Assembly (NCBI RefSeq): GCF_006345805.1
Contig: NW_021824867.1
Coordinates: 1-14,680 of the forward strand
DNA length: 14,680 bases
Source of the DNA: Octopus sinensis
Lineage: Eukaryota
Reading direction: 5' to 3'
Below are positions 1 to 11,149 of the stretch, piece after piece. Both the position numbers and the translations under genes were made by a program. The notes under the pieces were generated by a model. That model saw only the letters and a list, made by a program, of their open reading frames with translations. It was not told the origin of the DNA and did no database searches. Within the stretch, counting starts at the first letter, position 1. Every line of letters starts with the position of its first letter.

Positions 1-3000
1 GTAGGAGAGAAAGCATTGTAGAAACCCGACCTAATGTGTGTGTGTGTGTGTGTGTGCTGTGTGTCTGTGTGTGTCTGTGTGTGTCTGTGTGTGTGTGTGC
101 GTGCGTGTGTGTGTGCTGCACCTTGGGCAAATGTTTTCTACAATAGCTCGGGGCCGACCAATACCTTGTGGATTTGATAAAGCAAACAGAAGAGAAACAG
201 TGTGGAACCCGACCTAATGTGTGTGTGTGTGTGTGTGCCTGTGTGTCTGTATGTGTCTGTGTTGTGTGTGTGCGTGCGTGTGTGTGTGCTGCACCTTGGG
301 CAAATTTTTCTACAAAAGCTCGGGGCCGACCAATACCTTGTGGATTTGATAAAGCAGAAACAGTGTGGAAACCCGACCTAATGTGTGTGTGTGTGTGTGG
401 CCTGTGTGTCTGTGGTGTCTGTGTGTGTCTGTGTGTGTGTGTGCGTGCGTGTGTGGTGTGCTGCACCTTGGGCAAATGTTTTCTACAATAGCTCGGGGCC
501 GACCAATACTTGTGGATTTGGTAGGCAGAAACATTGTAGAAACCCGACCTAATGTGTGTGTGTGTGTGTGTGCCTGTGTGTCTGTGTGTGTCTGTGTGTG
601 TCTGTGTGTGTGTGTGCGTGCGTGTGTGTGCTGCACTTGGGCAAATGTTTTCTACAAAAGCTCGGGGCCGACCAATACCTTGTGGATTTGATAAAGCAGA
701 AACAGTGTGGAAACCCGACCTAATGTGTGTGTGTGTGTGTGTGCCTGTGTGTCTGTATGTGTCTGTGTGTGTGTGCGTGCGTGTGTGTGTGGCACCTTGG
801 GCAAATTTTTCTACAAAAGCTCGGGGCCGACCAATACCTTGTGGATTTGATAAAGCAGAAACAGTGTGGAAACCCGACTAATGTGTGTGTGTGTGTGTGT
901 GCCTGTTGTGTGTCTGTCTGTGTCTGTGTGTGTGTGTGCGTGCGTGTGGTGTGCTGCACCTTGGGCAAATGTTTTCTACAAAAGCTCGGGGCCGACCAAT
1001 ACCTTGTGGATTTGGTAGGCAGAAACATTGTTAGAAACCCGACCTAATGTGTGTGTGTGTGTGCGTGCCTGTGTCTGTCTGTGTCTGTGTGTGTGTGTGC
1101 GTGCGTGTGTGTGTGTGCTGCACCTGGGCAAATGTTTTCTACAAAAGCTCGGGGCCGACCAATACCTTGTGGATTTGGTAGGCAGAAACATTGTAGAAAC
1201 CCGACCTAATGTGTGTGTGTGTGTGTGTGTATGTGTCTGTGTGTGTGTGTGCGTGCGTGTGTGTGTGTGCGTGCGTGTGTGTGTGCTGCACCTTGGGCAA
1301 ATGTTTTCTACAAAAGCTCGGGGCCGACCAATACCTTGTGGATTTGGTAGGCAGAAACATTGTAGAAACCCGACCTAATGTGTGTGTGTGTGTGTGTGTA
1401 TGTGTCTGTGTGTGTGTGTGCGTGCGTGTGTGTGTGTGCGTGCGTGTGTGTGTGTGCGTGCGTGTGTGTGTGCTGCACCTTGGGCAAATGTTTTCTACAA
1501 AAGCTCGGGGCCGACCAATACCTTGTGGATTTGATAAAGCAGAAACAGTGTGGAAACCCGACCTAATGTTTGTTTGTGTGTGTGTGCCTGTGTGTCTGTG
1601 TGTGTGTGTGTGTGTGTGCCTGTGTGTCTGTATGTGTCTGTGTGTGTGTGTGCGTGCGTGTGTGTGTGCTGCACCTTGGGCAAATGTTTTCTACAAAAGC
1701 TCGGGGCCGACCAATACCTTGTGGATTTGGTAGGCAGAAACATTGTAGAAACCCGACCTAATGTGTGTGTGTGTGTGTGTGCCTGTGTGTCTGTATGTGT
1801 CTGTGTGTGTGTGTGCGTGCGTGTGTGTGTGCTGCACCTTGGGCAAATGTTTTCTACAAAAGCTCGGGGCCGACCAATACCTTGTGGATTTGGTAGGCAG
1901 AAACATTGTAGAAACCCGACCTAATGTGTGTGTGTGTGCGTACCTGTGTGTCTGTATGTGTCTGTGTGTGTGTGTGCGTGCGTGTGTGTGTGCTGCACCT
2001 TGGGCAAATGTTTTCTACAAAAGCTCGGGGCCGACCAATACCTTGTGGATTTGATAAAGCAGAAACAGTGTGGAAACCCGACCTAATGTGTGTGTGTGTG
2101 TGTGTGCCTGTGTGTCTGTGTGTGTCTGTGTGTGTCTGTGTGTGTGTGTGCGTGCGTGTGTGTGTGCTGCACCTTGGGCAAATGTTTTCTACAAAAGCTC
2201 GGGGCCGACCAATACCTTGTGGATTTGGTAGGCAGAAACATTGTAGAAACCCGACCTAATGTGTGTGTGTGTGTGTGTGCCTGTGTGTCTGTGTGTGTCT
2301 GTGTGTGTCTGTGTGTGTGTGTGCGTGCGTGTGTGTGTGCTGCACCTTGGGCAAATGTTTTCTACAATAGCTCGGGGCCGACCAATACCTTGTGGATTTG
2401 ATAAAGCAGAAACAGTGTGGAAACCCGACCTAATGTGTGTGTGTGTGTGTGTGCCTGTGTGTCTGTATGTGTCTGTGTGTGTGTGTGCGTGCGTGTGTGT
2501 GTGCTGCACCTTGGGCAAATGTTTTCTACAAAAGCTCGGGGCCGACCAATACCTTGTGGATTTGATAAAGCAGAAACAGTGTGGAAACCCGACCTAATGT
2601 GTGTGTGTGTGTGTGTGCCTGTGTGTCTGTGTGTGTCTGTGTGTGTCTGGTGGTGTGTGCGTGCGTGTGTGGTGTGCTGCACCTTGGGCAAATGTTTTCT
2701 ACAATAGCTCGGGGCCGACCAATACCTTGTGGATTTGGTAGGCAGAAACATTGTAGAAACCCGACCTAATGTGTGTGTGTGTGTGTGCCTGTGTGTCTGT
2801 GTGTGTCTGTGTGTGTTGTTGTGTGTGTGTGCGCGTGCGTGTGTGTGTGCTGCACCTTGGGCAAATGTTTTCTACAAAAGCTCGGGGCCGACCAATACCT
2901 TGTGGATTTGATAAAGCAGAAACAGTGTGGAAACCCGACCTAATGTGTGTGTGTGTGTGTGTGCCTGTGTGTCTGTATGTGTCTGTGTGTGTGTGTGCGT

Positions 3001-6000
3001 GCGTGTGTGTGTGCTGCACCTTGGGCAAATGTTTTCTACAAAAGCTCGGGGCCGACCAATACCTTGTGGATTTGATAAAGCAGAAACAGTGTGGAAACCC
3101 GACCTAATGTGTGTGTGTGTGTGTGTGCCTGTGTGTCTGTCTGTGTCTGTGTGTGTGTGTGCGTGCGTGTGTGTGTGCTGCACCTTGGGCAAATGTTTTC
3201 TACAAAAGCTCGGGGCCGACCAATACCTTGTGGATTTGGTAGGCAGAAACATTGTAGAAACCCGACCTAATGTGTGTGTGTGTGTGCGTGCCTGTGTGTC
3301 TGTATGTGTCTGTGTGTGTGTGTGCGTGCGTGTGTGTGTGCTGCACCTTGGGCAAATGTTTTCTACAAAAGCTCGGGGCCGACCAATACCTTGTGGATTT
3401 GGTAGGCAGAAACATTGTAGAAACCCGACCTAATGTGTGTGTGTGTGTGTGTGTATGTGTCTGTGTGTGTGTGTGCGTGCGTGTGTGTGTGTGCGTGCGT
3501 GTGTGTGTGCTGCACCTTGGGCAAATGTTTTCTACAAAAGCTCGGGGCCGACCAATACCTTGTGGATTTGGTAGGCAGAAACATTGTAGAAACCCGACCT
3601 AATGTGTGTGTGTGTGTGTGTGTGTCTGTGTTGTGTGGTGTGTGCGTGCGTGTGTGTGTGTGCGTGCGTGTGTGTGTGCTGCACCTTGGGCAAATGTTTT
3701 CTACAAAAGCTCGGGGCCGACCAATACCTTGTGGATTTGGTAGGCAGAAACATTGTAGAAACCCGACCTAATGTGTGTGTGTGTGTGTGTGTATGTGTCT
3801 GTGTGTGTGTGTGCGTGTGTGTGTGTGTGCGTGGTGCGTGTGTGGTGTGTGTGCGTGCGTGTGTGTGTGCTGCACCTTGGGCAAATGTTTTCTACAAAAG
3901 CTCGGGGCCGACCAATACCTTGTGGATTTGATAAAGCAGAAACAGTGTGGAAACCCGACCTAATGTTTGTTTGTGTGTGTGTGCCTGTGTGTCTGTGTGT
4001 GTGTGTGTGTGTGTGTGCCTGTGTGTCTGTATGTGTCTGTGTGTGTGTGTGCGTGCGTGTGTGTGTGCTGCACCTTGGGCAAATGTTTTCTACAAAAGCT
4101 CGGGGCCGACCAATACCTTGTGGATTTGGTAGGCAGAAACATTGTAGAAACCCGACCTAATGTGTGTGTGTGTGTGTGCCTGTGTGTCTGTGTGTGTCTG
4201 TGTGTGTGCGTGCGTGCGTGTGTGTGTGCTGCACCTTGGGCAAATGTTTTCTACAATAGCTCGGGGCCGACCAATACCTTGTGGATTTGGTAGGCAGAAA
4301 CATTGTAGAAACCCGACCTAATGTGTGTGTGTGTGTGTGTGTGCCTGTGTGTCTGTGTGTGTCTGTGTGTGTCTGTGTGTGTGTGTGCGTGCGTGTGTGT
4401 GTGCTGCACCTTGGGCAAATGTTTTCTACAAAAGCTCGGGGCCGACCAATACCTTGTGGATTTGGTAGGCAGAAACATTGTAGAAACCCGACCTAATGTG
4501 TGTGTGTGTGTGTGCCTGTGTGTCTGTGTGTGTCTGTGTGTGTCTGTGTGTGTGTGTGCGTGCGTGTGTGTGTGCTGCACCTTGGGCAAATGTTTTCTAC
4601 AATAGCTCGGGGCCGACCAATACCTTGTGGATTTGATAAAGCAGAAACAGTGTGGAAACCCGACCTAATGTGTGTGTGTGTGTGTGTGTGTGCCTGTGTG
4701 TCTGTATGTGTCTGTGTGTGTGTGTGCGTGCGTGTGTGTGTGCTGCACCTTGGGCAAATGTTTTCTACAAAAGCTCGGGGCCGACCAATACCTTGTGGAT
4801 TTGATAAAGCAGAAACAGTGTGGAAACCCGACCTAATGTGTGTGTGTGTGTGTGTGCCTGTGTGTTGTGTGTGTCGTGTGTGTCTGTGTGTGTGTGTGCT
4901 GCGTGTGTGGTGTGTTGCGCACACCTGGCTGGCAAATGTTTTCTAACATATAGCTCGGGGCCGACCAATACCTTGTGGATTTGGTAGGCAGAAACATTGT
5001 AGAAACCCGACCTAATGTGTGTGTGTGTGTGTGTGCCTGTGTGTCTGTGTGTGTCTGTGTGGTCTGTGTGTGTGTGTGCGTGCGTGTGTGTGTGCTGCAC
5101 CTTGGGCAAATGTTTTCTACAAAAGCTCGGGGCCGACCAATACCTTGTGGATTTGATAAGCAGAAACAGTGTGGAAACCCGACCTAATGTGTGTGTGTGT
5201 GTGTGTGTGCCTGTGTGTCTGTATGTGTCTGTGTGTGTGTGTGCGTGCGTGTGTGTGTGCTGCACCTGGGCAAATGTTTTCTACAAAAGCTCGGGGCCGA
5301 CCAATACCTTGTGGATTTGATAAAGCAGAAACAGTGTGGAAACCCGACCTAATGTGTGTGTGTGTTGTGTGTGCCTGTGTGTCTGTCTGTGTCTGTGTGT
5401 GTGTGCGTGCGTGTGTGTGTGCTGCACCTGGGCAATGTTTTCTACAAAAGCTCGGGGCCGACCAATACCTTGTGGATTTGGTAGGCAGAAACATTGTAGA
5501 ACCCGACCTAATGTGTGTTGTGTGTGTGCGTGCCTGTGTGTCTGTATGTGTCTGTGTGTGTGTGTGCGTGCGTGTGTGTGTGCTGCACCTTGGGCAAATG
5601 TTTTCTACAAAAGCCAGGGGCCGACCAATACCTTGTGGATTTGGTAGGCAGAACATTGTAGAAACCCGACCTAATGTGTGTGTGTGTGTGTGTATGTGTC
5701 TGTGTGTGTGTGTGCGTGCGTGTGTGTGCGTGCGTGTGTGTGTGCTGCACCTTGGGCAAATGTTTTCTACAAAAGCTCGGGGCCGACCAATACCTTGTGG
5801 ATTTTGTAGGCAGAAACATTGTAGAAACCCGACCTAATGTGTGTGTGTTGTGTGTTGTGTGTCTGTGTGTGTGTGTGCGTGTCGTGTGTGTGTGTGCGGT
5901 GTGTGTGTGTGCGTGCGTGTGTGTGTGCTGCACCTTGGGCAAATGTTTTCTACAAAAGCTCGGGGCCGACCAATACCTTGTGGATTTGATAAAGCAGAAA

Positions 6001-6045
6001 CAGTGTGGAACCCGACCTAATGTTTGTTTGTGTGTGTGTGCCTGT

Positions 6046-6076
<31 letters not shown>

Positions 6077-9000
6077 CCGTGTGTCTGTTGTGTGTCTGTG
6101 TGTGTGTGTGTGTGTGTGCGTGCGTGGTGTGTGTGTGCTGCACCTTGGGCAAATGTTTTCTACAAAAGCTCGGGGCCGACCAATACCTTGTGGATTTGGT
6201 AGGCAGAAACATTGTAGAAACCCGACCTAATGTGTGTGTGTGTGTGTGTGCCTGTGTGTCTGTATGTGTCTGTGTTGTGTGTGCGTGCGTGTGTGTGTGC
6301 TGCACTTGGGCAAATGTTTTCTACAAAAGCTCGGGGCCGACCAATACCTTGTGGATTTGGTAGGCAGAAACATTGTAGAAACCCGACCTAAGGTGTGTGT
6401 GTGTGTGCGTACCTGTGTGTCTGTATGTGTCTGTGTGTGTGTGTGCGTGCGTGTGTGTGTGCTGCACCTTGGGCAAATGTTTTCTACAAAAGCTCGGGGC
6501 CGACCAATACCTTGTGGATTTGGTAAAAGCAGAACATGTGTGGAAACCCGACCTAATGTGTGTGTGTGTGTGTGTGCCTGTGTGTGTGTGTGTGTCTGTG
6601 TGTGTCTGTGTGTGTGTGTGCGTGCGTGTGTGTGTGCTGCACCTTGGGCAAATGTTTTCTACAAAAGCTCGGGGCCGACCAATACCTGTGGATTTGGTAG
6701 GCAGAAACATTGTAGAAACCCGACCTAATGTGTGTGTGTGGTGTGTGTGGTGCCTGTGTGTCTGTGTGTTGGTCTGTGTGTGTGTGGTGCGTGCGTGTGT
6801 GTGTGCTGCACCTTGGGCAAATGTTTTCTACAAAAGCTCGGGGCCGACCAATACCTTGTGGATTTGGTAGGCAGAAACATTGTAGAAACCCGACCTAATG
6901 TGTGTGTGTGTGTGTTGTGCCTGTGTGTCTGTGTGTGTCTGTGTGTGTGTGCGTGCGTGCGTGTGTGTGTGCTGCACCTTGGGCAAAATTTTTCTACAAT
7001 AGCTCGGGGCCGACCAATACCTTGTGGATTTGGTAGGCAGAAACATTGTAGAAACCCGACCTAATGTGTGTGTGTGTGGTGTGTGCCTGTGTGTCTGTGT
7101 GTGTCTGTGTGTGTTGTGTGTGTGTGTGCGTGCGTGTGTGTGTGCTGCACCTTGGGCAAATGTTTTCTACAAAAGCTCGGGGCCGACCAATACCTTGTGG
7201 ATTTGGTAGGCAGAAGAAACATTGTAGAAACCCGACCTAATGTGTGTGTGTGTGTGTGCCTGTGTGTCTGTGTGTGTCTGTGTGGTCTGTGTGTGTGTGT
7301 GCGTGCGTGTGTGTGTGCTGCACCTGGGCAAATGTTTTCTACAATAGCTCGGGGCCGACCAATACTTGTGGATTTGATAAAGCAGAACAGTGGGAAACCC
7401 GACCTAATGTGTGTGTGTGTGTGTGTGTGTGCCTGTGTGTCTGTGTGTGTCTGTGTGTGTGTGTGCGTGCGTGTGTGTGTGCTGCACCTTGGGCAAATGT
7501 TTTCTACAAAAGCTCGGGGCCGACCAATACCTTGTGGATTTGATAAAGCAGAAACAGTGTGGAAACCCGACCTAATGTGTGTGTGTGTGTGTGTGCCTGT
7601 GTGTCTGTGTGTGTCTGTGTGTGTCTGTGTGTGTGTGTGCGTGCTGCACCTTGGGCAAATGTTTTCTACAAAAGCTCGGGGCCGACCAATACCTTGTGGA
7701 TTTGGTAGGCAGAAACATTGTAGAAACCCGACCTAATGTGTGTGTGTGTGTGTGTGCCTGTGTGTCTGTGTGTGTCTGTGTGTGTCTGTGTGTGTGTGTG
7801 CGTGCGTGTGTGTGTGCTGCACCTTGGGCAAATGTTTTCTACAAAAGCTCGGGGCCGACCAATACCTTGTGGATTTGATAAAGCAGAAACAGTGTGGAAA
7901 CCCGACCTAATTGTGTGTGTGTGTGTGTGTGCCTGTGTGTCTGTATGTGTCTGTGTGTGTGTGTGCGTGCGTGTGTGTGTGCTGCACCTTGGGCAAATGT
8001 TTTCTACAAAAGCTCGGGGCCGACCAATACCTTGTGGATTTGATAAAGCAGAAACAGTGTGGAAACCCGACCTAATGTGTGTGTGTGTGTGTGTGCCTGT
8101 GTGTCTGTGTGTGTCTGTGTGTGTCTGTGTGTGTGTGTGCGTGCGTGTGGTGTGCTGCACCTTGGGCAAATTTTCTACAAAAGCTCGGGGCCGACCAATA
8201 CCTTGTGGATTTGGTAGGCAGAAACATTGTAGAAACCCGACCTAATGTGTGTGTGTGTGTGTGTGCCTGTGTGTCTGTGTGTGTCTGGTGTGTCTGTGTG
8301 TGTGCGTGCGTGCGGTGTGTGTGCTGCACCTTGGGCAAATGTTTTCTACAATAGCTCGGGGCCGACCAATACCTTGTGGATTTGGTAGCAGAAACATTGT
8401 AGAAACCCGACCTAATGTGTGTGTGTGTGTGGTGTGTGTGCCTGTGTGTCTGTGTGTCTGTGTGGTGTGTGCGTGCGTGTGTGTGTGCTGCACCTTGGCC
8501 AAATGTTTTCTACAAAAGCTCGGGGCCGACCAATACCTTGTGGATTTGGTAGGCAGAAACATTGTAGAAACCCGACCTAATGTGTGTGTGTGTGTGTGTG
8601 CCTGTGTGTCTGTATGTGTCTGTGTGTGTGTGTGCGTGCGTGTGTGTGTGCTGCACCTTGGGCAAATGTTTTCTACAAAAGCTCGGGGCCGACCAATACC
8701 TTGTGGATTTGGTAGGCAGAAACATTGTAGAAACCCGACCTAATGTGTGTGTGTGTGTGTGTGCCTGTGTGTCTGTATGTGTCTGTGTGTGTGTGTGCGT
8801 GCGTGTGTGTGTGTGTGCGTGCGTGTGTGTGTGTGTGCTGCACCTTGGGCAAATGTTTTCTACAAAAGCTCGGGGCCGACCAATACCTTGTGGATTTGGT
8901 AGGCAGAAACATTGTAGAAACCCGACCTAATGTGTGTGTGTGTGTGTGCTTGTGGTCTGTGTTGTGTCTGTGGGGTGTTCTGTGTGTGTGTGTGCGTGCG

Positions 9001-10444
9001 TGTGTGTGTGCTGCACCTTGGGCAAATGTTTTCTACAAAAGCTCGGGGCCGACCAATACCTTGTGGATTTGGTAGGCAGAAACATTGTAGAAACCCGACC
9101 TAATGTGTGTGTGTGTGTGTGTGTGCCGTGTGTCTGTGTGTGTCTGTGTGTGTCTGTGTGTGTGTGTGCGTGCGTGTGTGTGTGCTGCACCTTGGGCAAA
9201 TGTTTTCTACAAAAGCTCGGGGCCGACCAATACCTTGTGGATTTGGTAGGCAGAAACATTGTAGAAACCCGACCTAATGTGTGTGTGTGTGTGTGTGCCT
9301 GTGTGTCTGTATGTGTCTGTGTGTGTGTGTGCGTGCGTGTGTGTGTGCTGCACCTTGGGCAAATGTTTTCTACAAAAGCTCGGGGCCGACCAATACCTTG
9401 TGGATTTGGTAGGCAGAAACATTGTAGAAACCCGACCTAATGGTGTGTGTGTGTGTGTGTGCCTGTGTGTCTGTGGTGTGTCTGTGTGTGGTGTGTGCGT
9501 GCGTGTGTGTGTGTGCTGCACCTTGGGCAAATGTTTTCTACAAAAGCTCGGGGCCGACCAATACCTTGTGGATTTGGTAGGCAGAAACATTGTAGAAACC
9601 CGACCTAATGTGTGGTGTGTGTGTGTGTGCCTGTGTGTCTGTATGTGTTGTGTGTGTGTGTGCGTGCGTGCGTGTGTGTGTGCTGCACCTTGGGCAAATG
9701 TTTTCTACAAAAGCTCGGGGCCGACCAATACCTTGTGGATTGGTAGGCAGAAACATTGTAGAAACCCGACCTAATGTGTGTGTGTGTGTGTGTGTGCCTG
9801 TGTGTCTGTGTGTGTCTGTGTGTGTGTGTGTGTGTGTGGTGTGCGTGCGTGTGTGTGTGCTGCACCTGGGCAAATGTTTTCTACAAAAGCTCGGGGCCGA
9901 CCAATACCTTGTGGATTTGGTAGGCAGAAACATTGTAGAAACCCGACCTAATGTGTGTGTGTGTGTGTGTGCCTGTGTGTCTGTATGTGTCTGTGTGTGT
10001 GTGTGCGTGCGTGTGTGTGTGCTGCACCTTGGGCAAATGTTTTCTACAAAAGCTCGGGGCCGACCAATACCTTGTGGATTTGGTAGGCAGAAACATTGTA
10101 GAAACCCGACCTAATGTGTGTGTGTGTGTGTGTGTGCCTGTGTGTCTGTGTGTGTCTGTGTGTGTGTGTGCGTGCGTGTGTGTGTGCTGCACCTTGGGCA
10201 AATGTTTTCTACAAAAGCTCGGGGCCGACCAATACCTTGTGGATTTGTAGGCAGAAACATTGTAGAAACCCGACCTAATGTGTGTGTGTTGTGTGTGTGG
10301 TTGTGTGTGTTGTATGTGTTGTGTGTGTGTGTGCGTGCGTGTGTGTGTGCTGCACCTTGGGCAAATGTTTTCTACAAAAGCTCGGGGCCGACCAATACCT
10401 TGTGGATTTGATAAACCAGAAACAGTGTGGAAACCCAAACTAAT
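1..10444 (+). repeat. Tandem satellite array, at least 62 units (first truncated by the window edge): 95-96 bp conserved core plus about 65-115 bp compound (GT)n spacer; mean period about 170.6 bp
   Basis: Core GCTGCACCTTGGGCAAATGTTTTCTACAAAAGCTCGGGGCCGACCAATACCTTGTGGATTTGGTAGGCAGAAACATTGTAGAAACCCGACCTAAT (e.g. 1831-1925) counted by eye 61 times in full from 115 to 10349, plus a partial copy ending at 35; (10349-115)/60 = 170.6 bp. Variant B has TTGATAAAGCAGAAACAGTGTGGAAACCC in place of TTGGTAGGCAGAAACATTGTAGAAACCC (about 22 B, 40 A). Confidence 0.98.
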
Positions 10445-11076
10445 GTTTGTTTGTGTGTGTGTGTGTGTGTATTTGTGTGTGTGCGTGTTTGTGTTTCTTT
10501 GTGTCTGTGTGTGTGTCTGTGTGTCTGTGTTTCTGTGTGTGCTTGTGTGTATGTGTCTGTGTGTATGCGTGTGTGTGCGTGTTTGTGTTTGTTTATGTCT
10601 GTGTGTGTGTGTCTGTGTGTCTGTGTCTCTTTGTGTGCGTGTGTGTATGTGTGTGTGTGTGCGTGCATCCGTGTGCATGCATGCGTGTGTGTGCGTGCAT
10701 GCGTGTGTGTGTGTGCGTGTTTGTGTTTGTTTGTGTCTGTATGTGCGTCTGTGAGTCTGTATCTCTGCGTGTGCGTGTGTGTATGTGTGTGTGTGCGTGC
10801 ATTCGTGTGCATGCATGCGTGTGTGTGCGTGCATGTGTGCATGTGTGCGTGTGTGTGTGTATGTGTGTGCGTGTTTGTCGCCCAAGCACTTGAGAACGAT
10901 TGAGAACCGGTGCTGGTTTGTTTCGCAATTCGGCAAAAGAAACCGACAGAAAAAGTACCAGATTTTAAAATATATCTATTAGGAATTATCTATTTTACTT
11001 AACCCTTCAAGGTGGTGTTCCAGCATGGCCGCAGTTCAATGAATTAAAACACGTAAAAGATAAAACAAGTAAAAGG
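10349..11076 (+). mobile_element. Body and 3' tail of a tRNA-derived CORE-like SINE (Octopus OR/OK-type; family not assigned), tRNA head absent
   Basis: Order is core, GT tract, then TTGAGAACCGGTGCTGGTTTGTTT, TTCGGCAAAAGAAACCGACAGAAAAAGTAC and AAGGTGGTGTTCCAGCATGGCCGCAGTTCAATGAATTAAAACACGTAAAAGA. These blocks match, in order, my recollection of the abundant Octopus SINE (core GCACCTTGGGCAAGTGTCTTCTAC..GGGCCGACCAA..CCTTGTG..GGATTTGGTAG; tail GGCGGTGCTCCAGCATGGCCGCAGTCAAATGACTGAAACAAGTAAAAGA). ACCTTGGGCAA is also the opening motif of the CORE domain of CORE-SINEs. Recalled, not searched. Confidence 0.7.
10445..10878 (+). repeat. Long compound (GT)n microsatellite (with GCAT, GTTT and GTCT interruptions) following the last satellite core
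   Basis: About 430 bp of near-continuous GT/GC/AT alternation, ending at ...GTGTTTGT|CGCCCAAG. Confidence 0.95.
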
Positions 11077-11149
11077 TTTTCTTTTTCATATTACAATATC
11101 CTAAATTTAGAAAATAGTTAAACAATTAAAATAAACAGAAAACCTTCCT

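Noticed and set aside
1887-1893. GATTTGG/GATTTGA as an Sm-binding site (tandem snRNA or SL RNA genes)
   Set aside because: A 7-nt match can occur by chance; there is no upstream splice donor or snRNA architecture, and the SINE origin explains the core.
2398-2430. TTGATAA...GAAA in B-type cores, resembling the UUGAUAA hammerhead core
   Set aside because: There is no credible stem II, and the candidate stem III lacks the required U16.1; not a hammerhead.
4905-4960. Aberrant core (GCGCACACCTGGCTGGC...CTAACATATAG) and other unit-private indels
   Set aside because: The pattern fits local sequencing error; not treated as real variants without read support.
1-10444. CRISPR-like layout (conserved repeat plus variable spacer; TCTAC/GTAGA stem reminiscent of Cas12a repeats)
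   Set aside because: Repeats are 95 bp, spacers are homologous GT microsatellites rather than unique sequences, there are no cas genes, and the context is eukaryotic.
168-10982. Dozens of Cys/Val-rich and His/Thr-rich ORFs
   Set aside because: These are translations of (GT)n/(AC)n; frames shift freely between units, so there is no coding constraint.
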